Below are positions 31,400 through 42,100 of a stretch of DNA of 64,000 nucleotides, in pieces; within the stretch, counting starts at the first letter, position 1, and the number at the start of each line of letters is the position of its first letter. This DNA is from Candidatus Thorarchaeota archaeon (GTDB lineage Archaea > Asgardarchaeota > Thorarchaeia > Thorarchaeales > Thorarchaeaceae). Location of the stretch: NCBI GenBank assembly GCA_963726195.1, contig CAVSBO010000004.1:96001-160000 (forward strand), in the 5' to 3' direction. The translations under genes were made by a program, and so were the position numbers. Below the pieces are notes generated by a model, which was given only the letters and a program-made list of their open reading frames with translations, ran no database searches and was not told where the DNA came from.

Positions 31400-32136
31400 C
31401 TCTTCTTAGAGAAAGGTTGCCCCCACCGATTCAGGAATGCAATCTGTTCTGGGGGTTGTCTTGGCGGGCCGAGAGTACGTTCGAACTTCGGATAGCCTAG
31501 GGTAAGACATAGGATGGGTACCCAGTGGGGATACGGTATCCCAATCTTCTCACATACAGCACCCACATCATCGAAATGATCGAGTTGGACTGAGGAAACA
31601 CAGCTGCCAAGACCCAGTGAAGTGGCGGCCAATGCCATGTTCATGAGCATCATCGAGCCAGCTATTACGGCATGCCTCGGTGATGACCAACCGAACACGC
31701 CACCGGTGCCTCTCAATGTTGCCTGGGAATTGCCTACATGAGTCTGGTCAACAGCAAGTACCAAGAGGACTGGAGCACCATTGGTTTCCGGTTTTCCCTT
31801 GATGTACTCGAATCTCTGACCAGTGATGAGAATATCGATTGTGTGTTCAAGGCTGACCTTTGATTCAATGTAACTCAGCCTGCGTTCAAGTTCCTGACGC
31901 GGAGTTGCTCTGCCGAAAAGCTGGACTGTACGGTCAACAGCAAGCTGGCCAATGAACTCTTGCAGTTTCTTGTCTCTAATCACAATGATTCTCCAGGGCT
32001 GCTGATTCTCCGCACTGGGAGCGTAGCAGCCAGCCTCAATCACCTTGTACACAAGGTCGTCAGGTACGTCCTTCGAAGTTTCGTAGTCCCTGATGGCTCG
32101 CCGGGACTTGATCATTCTGATTGTTCTCGTTGTCAT
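31396..32136 (-). CDS. Nitroreductase family protein
   Basis: IKSRRAIRDY, APSAENQQPW, NMALAATSLGLGSC, LGYP. Confidence 0.9.
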   Translation of the reverse strand: MTTRTIRMIKSRRAIRDYETSKDVPDDLVYKVIEAGCYAPSAENQQPWRIIVIRDKKLQEFIGQLAVDRTVQLFGRATPRQELERRLSYIESKVSLEHTIDILITGQRFEYIKGKPETNGAPVLLVLAVDQTHVGNSQATLRGTGGVFGWSSPRHAVIAGSMMLMNMALAATSLGLGSCVSSVQLDHFDDVGAVCEKIGIPYPHWVPILCLTLGYPKFERTLGPPRQPPEQIAFLNRWGQPFSKKR

Positions 32137-32241
32137 CCAAGACGGTCTCTCTCCATTGAGTGGTGCAAGCCCGTCGAGAGGATATCCTTCTTAAAAGGAT
32201 GGAGAGAATCAAAGTTTTCGCCGATGATTTTGGTGAGTTTA

Positions 32242-32847
32242 CTATTTGGCCAGCCGTTTCGCTATTTCTGCCACATGCCTGCCGTAGTCTCTTCCCAGTT
32301 TCCGTTCTGTCTGGTCCATTTGTCGCGAATTGTCCGAGCCTGCAAGCACGCTGGGGCCATATGGTGTGCCTCCGGCTTGAGTTGAGCCGATCTCCGGGAC
32401 ATTAGAACCCAATGGTACGATAATCATCCCATGGTGCATGAGTGGAACCATCATTGTAAGAAGCGTTGACTCATGTCCGCCGTGCATTTCGCTTGCCCCT
32501 GTGAAGAAGCCTGCTACCTTATCGACGAGCTTTCGCCTCGACCACAATCCTCCCGTCTGGTCAATGAAGTTCTTCATTTGAGAAGTCATATTACCAAATC
32601 TGGTTGGACTGCCGAAGATGATGGCGTCATACTCACCCAGTTCATCGACGGTTGCAATTGGAACATCCTTCTGCAGTTCAGCACCGCGCTTCAGCCCCGG
32701 GTTGGTAGCGATAACTGAGGCGGGCACTAATTCTGGTACCTTCTTGATGCTGACTTCTGCACCTGCTTCTTTTGCGCCGGCGGCAATTTCCTTTGCCATC
32801 TCATACATGTGGCCGTATGAGCTGTAGTAGAGAACGAGAACCTTCAC
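32242..32847 (-). CDS. wrbA: NAD(P)H:quinone oxidoreductase WrbA
   Basis: YYSSYGH, GSPTRFGNM, HGGHEST, GGTPYG. Confidence 0.93.
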   Translation of the reverse strand: MKVLVLYYSSYGHMYEMAKEIAAGAKEAGAEVSIKKVPELVPASVIATNPGLKRGAELQKDVPIATVDELGEYDAIIFGSPTRFGNMTSQMKNFIDQTGGLWSRRKLVDKVAGFFTGASEMHGGHESTLLTMMVPLMHHGMIIVPLGSNVPEIGSTQAGGTPYGPSVLAGSDNSRQMDQTERKLGRDYGRHVAEIAKRLAK

Positions 32848-32936
32848 GTTGTTTCGATGGCAACCAAAACACTTGAAGATGACGGAAGGGGCGGCGCCAA
32901 TCATGTCATCATCCATGAAGATCAATGCCTGGGAAG

Positions 32937-33404
32937 CTAGCCATTCCTCAATTCAAGCAAGTGTTGGTATTGCCAAACTCGTTCTTTGGCTGTGGCAGCA
33001 TCGGCATCGGAGGAGTTGCTAGCCCTATGAATAGCCTGTAAGGCGTAATTTGCAGCACCTACAGAATGAGTGGGAACATGTGCAGTTGCCACAGCTTGAC
33101 CTGCGGCGCGAGCCGCAGAGCGAGCCGCATTGTCTTCTCCCACCTCGCGAGCGGCCGCATGAGCGTCAAGTGCAGCCTTGCGTATGTCTGCCATCTTGAA
33201 TATCCCAGTCGCTATCCATTTCCGAAGTGCTTCGATAGCCGCCCGAGGGCGGTGGTCTTCTGGGTATTCTCCGTCAAAGTACAGCATCACCCGCTCGACA
33301 CAATCATCAGCCCAGATGGCCAATGTCTTATGGCCAGTTCTTTTCACGAGCTCCATAGTTGCCTCGTCTTTGTATGTAACTGAGAATCTGGATTTTTCTT
33401 TCAT
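32937..33404 (-). CDS. Imm5-like putative immunity-fold protein
   Basis: LAIWADDCVERV...DHRPRAAI...AHAAAR...ARAAGQAVATAH. Confidence 0.75.
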   Translation of the reverse strand: MKEKSRFSVTYKDEATMELVKRTGHKTLAIWADDCVERVMLYFDGEYPEDHRPRAAIEALRKWIATGIFKMADIRKAALDAHAAAREVGEDNAARSAARAAGQAVATAHVPTHSVGAANYALQAIHRASNSSDADAATAKERVWQYQHLLELRNG

Positions 33405-33518
33405 ATTCTCACCCGAGAGAGGCAACGCCAGTGATGCGATTTTCCTTGATGGGAAATAGTCTCTCTGCACTTTTTGTGCAGGCTATCTCCCATCGAAGGT
33501 AAGCTGATGTCACCGAAA

Positions 33519-34721
33519 CTAAATCTGCGGAGCGTCTCTGCCCGGATACTTGAGCCGGAATCCGGTGTCCATGCCTTTGCTTTCTTTCAGAATCACGCCG
33601 CTGGCGACCACTCTTTGGACTTGGTTTGTGCCCTCGTAGATTTGAAGGAGCTTTGCATCACGCATGAGTTTCTCGAATGGGTATTCGTTTACGTACCCGT
33701 ATCCACCGGCGATTTGTATCGCATCGATTGCATTCTGCATGGCTGAGTCTGCTGCGAAGAACTTGGCGAATGCGGAGTCCTTCGAGTTGTCCTTTCCTTG
33801 ATCGGCAAGCCAAGCAGCATAGTGCGTGAGTTGTCTTGCTGCCGCCGCACGGCAAGCCATGTCTGCAAGAGTGAAGCTGATTCCCTCGAACTCTCCAATT
33901 GGATGTCCGAACTGCTGACGAACATTGGCGAACTTCGCCGCCTCATCGACCGCCCTCTGAGCTACACCTGTAGCAATTGCCGCAATTCCTGCTCTAGTCT
34001 TGTCCAGTGTTTTCATTGCAATCTTGAACCCATCGCCCTCTTTCCCAACAAGACAGTCCTTCGGTACTCTCGCATCTTCGAAGAAGACCTCGGTCTGTAT
34101 CGAGTTGCGCTGCCCAATCTTGTTCTCGATATGGCCGATTTTCACAGCCTTGCTCTTTGGCACCATGAACACTGAGAGACCTTTGTGCTTCAGCTCTGGC
34201 TGAGTCGTAGTGAATACAGTGAATAGCGATGCGACAGACGCATTGGTAATGAAACACTTCACGCCGTTGATCACATACTCATCGCCATCTCGAACTGCTT
34301 TTGTTGACACGGAGGCGGCATCAGAGCCTGCGGTCCTCTCGGTTAGACAGAAAGCACCGAACTTGGCTTCTTTTCCAGTAATAAGCGGCTGAACATACTT
34401 CTTGAGCTGCTCTGTCGTTGCCGCGATAACAAGCGGTGCGAACGCAAGGTTGTTGCACATAATCGAAGTCGCCATGCCTGCGCAGCCATAGCCTGTAGCT
34501 TCAGAGACCAAAGTCTCTTCCAGTAGGGTCCGACCCGGTCCTCCGGCCTCCGAAGGAATGTGCAGATTCATTAGACCCGCTTCGTACGCTTTCTGGACGA
34601 TTTCCTTTGGGAACTCATCACGTTTCTCAAGCTCACCTGCTCGCGGTGTAATGTATTGACGTGTGAATTCCTTGGCTTTATCCTGAAGTTTCTGCTCTTT
34701 CTCAGTCAGCGAAAAGTCCAT
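33519..34721 (-). CDS. Acyl-CoA dehydrogenase
   Basis: FCLTERTAGSD, NGVKCFITN, RQQFG, GGYGY, QIYEGTNQ. Confidence 0.95.
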   Translation of the reverse strand: MDFSLTEKEQKLQDKAKEFTRQYITPRAGELEKRDEFPKEIVQKAYEAGLMNLHIPSEAGGPGRTLLEETLVSEATGYGCAGMATSIMCNNLAFAPLVIAATTEQLKKYVQPLITGKEAKFGAFCLTERTAGSDAASVSTKAVRDGDEYVINGVKCFITNASVASLFTVFTTTQPELKHKGLSVFMVPKSKAVKIGHIENKIGQRNSIQTEVFFEDARVPKDCLVGKEGDGFKIAMKTLDKTRAGIAAIATGVAQRAVDEAAKFANVRQQFGHPIGEFEGISFTLADMACRAAAARQLTHYAAWLADQGKDNSKDSAFAKFFAADSAMQNAIDAIQIAGGYGYVNEYPFEKLMRDAKLLQIYEGTNQVQRVVASGVILKESKGMDTGFRLKYPGRDAPQI

Positions 34722-34861
34722 TTTTAGTCAACCCGGCCGGATTCGTCTAGAATCTCCCTTTAAAACTCACCGAGTAGCCCGAGTCAACTCTATGGCTACC
34801 ATCTCCCTTAAATCCTCAATTTGATGTCGCCCGCTCAAAACTTGACCATGAGACGACTGAC

Positions 34862-36031
34862 TTGCCGCTAAAGAGGACCCATATCGTAAGTGGAGCCCAA
34901 ACGAAATTCGGAGCGCTGGAAGGAATCACTTTCAGGGAGATGTTTGCAGAGGCTGTCGACAAAGCGACCACTCAGGCGAACATACCCAAGAAGGAGATCG
35001 AAGCGGTTTTCGTTGGGACGTTCAATCCTGAGATGCTTATTCACCAGGGACACACCGCGCCGTTGCTTCTGGACTACGCGGGACTCAGAGGACTGCCGGC
35101 CACGAGGCACGAAGCCGCTTGCGCGTCCGGTGCTGTTGCACTTCGCGCTGGCATAATGGCTATTGAATCTGGGTTGTATGATACCGTGCTTGTGGCGGGT
35201 GTAGAGAAGATGACCTCGGTGTCCACGAACAAGGCAACCGAAGCTCTGGCTGCTGCAGCCGACGATGAGTTCGAGTCCGGTGTTGGTCTCACATTCCCCG
35301 GTGTCTTCGCACTTGCTGCAGTGGCACACATGCAGAAGTACGGCACCACACAAGAGGACATGGCACGTGTTGCGGTCAAAGCTCACAAGAACGCGGCTTC
35401 GAATCCTTTGGCTCAGTTCCAGAAAGAGATCACTCTTGAGAAGGCAATGACACCGAAGTATGTGGCTTGGCCTCTGAAGCTGTACGACTGCTCTCCGATT
35501 TCTGATGGTGCGGCCGCACTCGTATTGGCTTCTGACAAGAAGGCGAAGCAGTATACGGACACGCCAGTCAAGATCGTTGGTACTGGTCAAGCATCCGCTT
35601 CGATGGATCTATCTAACCGAACGGATTTGACGACCTTCGAAGCTTCCGTCTTAGCAAGCAAGATTGCCTACAAGATGGCGGGAGTGACTCCCAAGGATAT
35701 TGACTTCGCGGTTGTTCACGACTGCTTCACTATTGCCGAGATCATAGCAACGGAGGACTTGGGCTTCTTCAAGCCTGGCGAGGGTGCCAAAGCAGTCAGG
35801 GACGGCGTAACTGCGAAGGACGGTTCCAAGCCTATCAACCCGACTGGAGGATTGAAAGCGGTCGGCCACCCTGTTGGAGCGACAGGAGTGAAGCAAGCTG
35901 TTGAGGTGTACAGAGAGCTCATTGGCGCTGCTGGTGCGCTTCAAGTTCCAAAGCACAACATTGGATTGATGCACAACTTCGGCGGCACAGGAGCCACTTG
36001 TGTGGTCAATATCATGCGGAGGGCGGACTAA
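34862..36031 (+). CDS. Acetyl-CoA acetyltransferase (archaeal thiolase)
   Basis: HEAACASG, HDCF, GHPVGATG, HNFGG. Confidence 0.93.
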   Translation: MPLKRTHIVSGAQTKFGALEGITFREMFAEAVDKATTQANIPKKEIEAVFVGTFNPEMLIHQGHTAPLLLDYAGLRGLPATRHEAACASGAVALRAGIMAIESGLYDTVLVAGVEKMTSVSTNKATEALAAAADDEFESGVGLTFPGVFALAAVAHMQKYGTTQEDMARVAVKAHKNAASNPLAQFQKEITLEKAMTPKYVAWPLKLYDCSPISDGAAALVLASDKKAKQYTDTPVKIVGTGQASASMDLSNRTDLTTFEASVLASKIAYKMAGVTPKDIDFAVVHDCFTIAEIIATEDLGFFKPGEGAKAVRDGVTAKDGSKPINPTGGLKAVGHPVGATGVKQAVEVYRELIGAAGALQVPKHNIGLMHNFGGTGATCVVNIMRRAD

Positions 36032-36420
36032 TGAGCGAACAACCGACACTCGAAGCGTACAAGAAGAACATTCAGGAAGGCAAGTTCAAGGCTTACAGGT
36101 GTACAAAGTGTAAGGCTGTTATTGCTCCTCCCCTGAGTACGTGCTACAACTGTGGAAACACCAAGATGGAATGGACGACAGTGAGCGGCAAAGGCAAGCT
36201 TGTTTCCTTCACAGTCATCTTCGTAGCACCCGACGAATTCGCGGCCGAGGCTCCGTACATCGTTGGCATAGTAGAACTCGAAGAGAAGGCGAGAGTTACA
36301 GCACGACTCGTCGGTTTCGATCCCAACAAGCCGGAGTCCATAAAGGTGGGCACACCCCTCAAGCTTGACTACGAGAAGGGCAAGTCCGGCAAGACCTATC
36401 TTGCTTTCAGGCCTGCCTGA
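36031..36420 (+). CDS. DUF35 Zn-ribbon/OB-fold protein
   Basis: CTKC..PP..CYNCG, GKLVSFTV, APYIVGIVEL; coupled to the thiolase. Confidence 0.92.
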   Translation: MSEQPTLEAYKKNIQEGKFKAYRCTKCKAVIAPPLSTCYNCGNTKMEWTTVSGKGKLVSFTVIFVAPDEFAAEAPYIVGIVELEEKARVTARLVGFDPNKPESIKVGTPLKLDYEKGKSGKTYLAFRPA

Positions 36421-36550
36421 TACAGCACCTCAGCGATATCGGCTGGGCAGGGGCTCGAGTCTGCCCCTATCTCAATGCCAAGCATAGGGGCATTTTCGTA
36501 CTGACCATAAAGGAATCTGTTGCCACCGAGTCTTCTATTATCTTGGATGC

Positions 36551-37315
36551 CTACGTATCTGGCCCTTGGCCATTGCTTTCTGGAGACGCTTCATGGACCT
36601 TGGGCATCATAAGCCTTGACCAGTCAATCCGAATCAGTAGATAGACCGCGGCAAGCACGAGCAGAATGGTAAGGGGTTCGACCGATCTTGAAAGTATATT
36701 CGTAGACTCTCCTGATGCGAGAATCTCTTCGACCCATTGCAGACCCATTCTTCCCGACCATGCTATTGCTGTGAGAAACATAGTCTTGCCAATGCACTGA
36801 GGTATAATGACTCTCCACCAAGAGTACCTTGCTGCACCGAGCGGCACAACGACGATATCGTCGGGAAGTGGAGTGACAGCCATGAACCATATGACTGCCG
36901 GTGTCCATCTCGGATGCGCTGCTAGTATGTTCAGAAACGCTTCTCGCTGACTGTCTTGGACATAGTGCCCACCTATGTAGCCTATTGCGTACCCGGTCAT
37001 GTCTCCAAGGGTGGCACCTATGCCGGAAATCAAACCCACGACTATCGGGTCAAATACGAACTGCAGACTGACTGAGTCCCGGAGGCCACCAAAGACGAAG
37101 GTCGTCACGAAGTAGGGGAAGGGCACGAGCACTGTCGCATTGCCTAGGAAGCATATGGCGAAGAGGCCAGGGTAGCCAGCCAACATAGAAAAATCGAGCA
37201 ACCAATTATAGATGACAGCAAATGGGCTTATCAAGTCTGGATAAATGATGATTAGAGCCCAATAGACGCCAACCATTGCGCCCATGGCGATGAATGCTTT
37301 CTCGCGTCTCTTCAA
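36551..37315 (-). CDS. VTT/DedA (SNARE-associated) membrane protein
   Basis: NATVLVPFP, GIGATLGDMTGYAIG, TPLPDD, GK. Confidence 0.8.
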   Translation of the reverse strand: MKRREKAFIAMGAMVGVYWALIIIYPDLISPFAVIYNWLLDFSMLAGYPGLFAICFLGNATVLVPFPYFVTTFVFGGLRDSVSLQFVFDPIVVGLISGIGATLGDMTGYAIGYIGGHYVQDSQREAFLNILAAHPRWTPAVIWFMAVTPLPDDIVVVPLGAARYSWWRVIIPQCIGKTMFLTAIAWSGRMGLQWVEEILASGESTNILSRSVEPLTILLVLAAVYLLIRIDWSRLMMPKVHEASPESNGQGPDT

Positions 37316-37461
37316 GGATTCCCGGTCGCCAAGCAGGGAACTATCCTGTACATCATATGAAGATTGACGTTATGTATTGAGAGTGAGGAGCGTGACTCGG
37401 GGTCGACATGCACCTAGTCACCACTGCTGCTAACCTTAAGAAGCACAGCGGCAATTGATGC

Positions 37462-38731
37462 GTGAACAAGATGAGGTACAGTCTAGCCTACGGCAATGGT
37501 CATCTATCCGTCGACTACGAGCGCTTGGGCAATATCCAAGAGGTAGTACCGAAGTCAGCTGTCGCTCATCCTGAACTTGAGAACGAAATAGTCGCTGCCA
37601 TGGAGCATCCAATTCAAGCCGAACCTCTTTCGAAATCACTGACGGACTCCTCCACTGTTGCGATAGTCGTGGATGAGCCCTCACCGGTGTGTCCAACGCA
37701 GAGTCTTCTGGAATCTGTCTTATCATCTACGAGAGTTCTTGGCTTGAATCCCGCGAACGTTACCATTCTTGCTGCTTATCGACTTGGGTCTGTTCACCTC
37801 GAGAACGAGATCAATCGCCAACTGGGGGACCCGATATCCAGTGGTCATACTCTAATCATTCACGACCCAGACGATTCAGAGAGTCTGTCCAATATTGGTG
37901 AGACCCCGAGCTTCCACACGCCGCTGGAGATTAGCAGAGCATTCTTGCAGGCCGATTATCGGATTGGCCTAAGTGCAATACTGCCCGATGTATTTGCCGG
38001 AGCCACGGGAGGGGGAATGTCGGTTCTTCCCGGCGTTAGTGGCCAGAAGACAATCCTCCGTAACATGAAACTAAGAGTCTCGGCGGAGAATGGCCCCCTA
38101 GATGTGGCATGCCCTGCCAGTGTTGATAATCAAGAGGCATCATATCTTGCGGGTCTTGACTTCATAGTCAACACAGTCCCTGACTGGAGGGGGTCTGTCG
38201 CGAGCATTGTCTGCGGGGACCCGTCAGCGGCATGGCATGAAGGTGTAGAGACCTCAAGAAACCTCTCCACCAAAACCATCAATCGGATGGCTGATGCCGT
38301 TCTCGTGAGTGCGGGCGGCTACCCGTTTGACAGGACTCTCTATGACGCGGTCGACAGCTTGTATGCCGCTTTGCGGTGCTCAAGGCACGACGGTGTCATT
38401 GTGCTTGCCGCCGAGTGCGCCGAAGGCCTTGGCCCCAAAGGTTTCGAGAGAGGTTCTCTTTGAGACAAAATCGGAAAAGGAGGCAGTGGTCTTGGCAAAG
38501 AAACGGTTCGAGACAGGAATGGAAAAGTTGAGACTTCTTCGGCATATCACAGACACAAGGAAGCTGGTCTTGTGCTCCAATCTCCAGCAACCCATCATGG
38601 AGGAGACAATCGTGTGCACTCTCACAAGCAGTATGAGCGAGGCTCTAGAGGCTGCAAGAAATCACTTGGGCAGTTGGTCCAGCACAACGATATTGCCCAA
38701 TGGTCGGGCCACATTGATTCAAAGCAGTTAG
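37462..38731 (+). CDS. LarA (lactate racemase) superfamily homologue with degenerate active site, frameshift near 38450
   Basis: LAYGNG start, FAGATGG..SVLPG, SAGGYPFD, AECAEGLG, LPNG end. Confidence 0.8.
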
Positions 38732-38737
38732 CAGAGT

Positions 38738-39070
38738 TCAGGGAGTCTTCTTCTGGGCCGCTTGAGTTTTCTTCTGATCAAACATGGCGTCTACAGCTGA
38801 AAGAGCGTCGGAAGTCTCCTTCTTAGTGAATTCCTTCAGTTTGCCAACCTTGCCGATTCTGACTGTCACGAGAGCGTCTTCATCTCTTGGCGTCATTGCC
38901 CATGATACCTCATAACCTGGCCTCTCAGCGACAAACTGACGCAACATGTCGAACCATGCTTTTTTCACGTCATCAATCGTTACATAGATGAAGTGCCTTA
39001 GAGGTATGCTCACCTCCACGCAAAGAACACGCCCGGACTCGATGTAGTAGTTATCAACCTTCCAAGCCAA
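38738..39070 (-). CDS. Hypothetical protein
   Basis: 110-aa ORF with natural composition; no motif recognised. Confidence 0.55.
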   Translation of the reverse strand: MAWKVDNYYIESGRVLCVEVSIPLRHFIYVTIDDVKKAWFDMLRQFVAERPGYEVSWAMTPRDEDALVTVRIGKVGKLKEFTKKETSDALSAVDAMFDQKKTQAAQKKTP

Positions 39071-39153
39071 TGCAAAGCACTCCTCAAACTCGAATGCGAC
39101 GCCGTCAAACTATAGATAAGTCTTATTCAAAGGGGAATCGGACCGCCAGAAGT

Positions 39154-42100
39154 CTAGTCTTCGTCCTGCCCTTTGTTTGACGAGAGACGTTTCTCCACAT
39201 CCTCTACGAAACTGTCAGCCCCATCCTTCTGCTTCTTCTCCTTGCTCTGCGATGCTTCTTGCTTCTTCTCACGTTCGGCCATCATGAGCTTCTCAATCTC
39301 AGCCAAGAACCGTTCTTCCGGCTTGAGTTCGATATGTTCCGATGCCGCTTCAAGACCCGGTTCAGCTTTTCCTCCGTAGGAGCTTCATCAGCCAGATTCG
39401 TCTGTGCCTTCCCACTTGTGCGCGCAGGCTTTGTTTCGATTCTTGCCGAACTTCCGCGCGGTCCCGGCTTTTCCTCTGTCTTCGCTTGGACCACTACGAC
39501 CACACCGGGTGACACCGGTTCCTCTCCGGCGGCGCATGCCTCCTTGTCCACAAGAGCCATTCCTTGACGCTGGAGGACTGTTGATATGCTAATTGGGACC
39601 ATCAGACCATTTTCTTCCATATTGAGGAGATAGTCGAATGCTTCTGGCTCTGTCCTGCCAGTTGCTTCGGCGATGGGTGACAGAACGTCTCCAATAAGGA
39701 ACTCGCCTTTCTCATCAATTCTCGTGCCTAAGATGCGTAGAATCTTCTTCTGGTCGCCACTCATCTTCTTTTGCGTGGACAACTTGTGCGGTAGTAGCCA
39801 GTTGAAGTTGAACGCTGCTACTAAGTTGGAAACTATCCACTCGGGGTCGAAGCATTCGGTCTCCCCATTCCAGTCTCTCAGGTTGTCCTGATACTGAGCC
39901 TCGAATCTTTCAACGAAGTACTGCAGTCTGTCCTTCAGTAGCGGAGTGAGTTCGCCCTCGAGAATGAGGATTCCAATAACGTACTTGCCACTATAGCTGT
40001 TCAGCCTGAGTCCGTGGTAATGGATTTCTTCCAGTGTACCTTGGACACCGTTGCCCTTTATCTCTCCATAGACGCTTGTGATCGCAGAGATGAAGCCACT
40101 GATTAGGTCGGCCTGAATTCTGCTTTCGGTGAACGGATGGTAGAAAACGCAGGTTCCGCGGTTCACGTATACTGCCATGAAGTGACGCAACGTCCCGAGG
40201 TCTCTGAAATCCTGCAACTGATGCTCAAGTGACCGCTTGGCGGCAATCTTCTTTGGCTTACGCTTCTTCTGGTTGTAAGCTGCCGCCACGACGGCGCCGA
40301 ACACAAACGTCATTGCCACAAGACCCTCAGGACTTGTGAGAAAGAGAAACATGATAGCGACCATGCCTAGCGTGACTTTGATTTGCAGAGTCTTGTTCGC
40401 AGCCCATACGGAAGTGGCTCCGTGGTATCTTGCGCTGACTTCTAGATAATCGACGGCTGATAATGTACCCACAGGTATGTTGAACGCCCAGCTGGCTTCT
40501 CCGCTGCTGCTAGTCAGATAGGCTTGTATGAAGTTCTGTCTCGTTCCATTAACATAAACTGCGGCGACCTCGAATTCCACGAGGGCTCCCACGATGGGCG
40601 CGTCTGTATTGCTGTGCTTTACGATTGCCCGAAGAGTAATCGAATTGCCTTCAACCGGGCTTCCTACAAAATCCAGAGTAATATACGAGTACTCCTTCGC
40701 GAGGACGGCAAGGCCGGTTGACGTAGTATTTGCTTCACAGCCAACTGCAGCCGCGTTGATGGTCACAATGTACGGAACCGAGGATGGGGGAAGCGTGATT
40801 CGAAAGCTCACTGAGTATACACCGTGGCTGGAATACGTCATTGGATAAACAATGCCTTGGACAGTGGCATTCACACTAGCCCAAAGAACGAACTTTCCGT
40901 GATCTACGTCAGTGAGGTTAACCCAGATGAGGGCCGTCTCATTCTCATATTGCGAGAAGGACGTCAGAGTCGTAAAATGGGTGTGTACTGGCCTAATCAT
41001 GATGGGGCTCACAAACTTACCAGTGGTAAAGTTGACATGACCGAGTGTGACATTGAACAGGTGACTATCCAACGACAACATGAAGGAGCTTATGTTGACG
41101 CGGTACCTACCCGGAGAGATCATTTCTGTGATGACATTTGGCCAAATGAAGTCTGCCACGTTGGCGCCGGGTATTGCGTTGCCGGTATGATTGTCGACGT
41201 ACTCAAGCACAAACACGCAACTCTGGTTGAGATACATGACAGACGGAACCTGACCTTGGCTCACGATGATGTGAGCCGGAACTGGCGCAACCACCAGAGA
41301 AAGAGGAGTCGTCTTCTCTTGGTACCCGTCAGCATAGACATGAATGGTACCCGAGTGCAGTCCGACGCCGAAGTAACGTGCCTGCAATGTCACCGTGTAG
41401 TTATCGCTAGGCTGAGGAGTGAAAGTGTAGGTGTGAGCTTCAATGGTCAAGTTGACTGAACCAAGTGTGATGGGATTGGACCCCATGTCCTGAACCCTGA
41501 CCGAGACGACCACCCAGCCGTCGTTGTAAAGGACAGACGAGCTGTATACACCGAACCCGTATGTCTGACCTGTGGTCACTGAAATAAGAGAGTCTGACGC
41601 AACAGTCACATTCAAGCCCAAAGTCAACATGGTTTGGTATTCGTACCCGTACGACCAAGCTTGGATTGTCGCACTGTGGTTACCCAAGCCTACGTCCTTG
41701 CCTGGGATAGACACGTGCCACGCACCGGCGTAGTATGTCAGATTATGGGTGTGACCGCTGACAGTTACGTTAACAATGGCTGAAGGCGGAACATCGATGC
41801 CTCCGTAAGTGTAGTCCACGGTCAGATTAAACGACTGCGCATATGTTATCGTGGTGTTGGAGGGTTGCCAAGAAATACTAATGCTGGTTTTAGCAAAGAT
41901 GCTCACTGTAATCGTTATGGTCTGATTCTGTAGCGCATATCCCTCAGCGTATACCTTGAATTGGTAGGTGCCAGCAGCTATGCCCAAGGTCGAAGTGATG
42001 TTAGTCCAAGTTCCGTTGCTGTGACCATCGCTCATGCTGACATTGGCCTCGTTGTTGAATGAGCACCTTACAGTCGCATAAGTTGAGTTCAGACCCTGGG

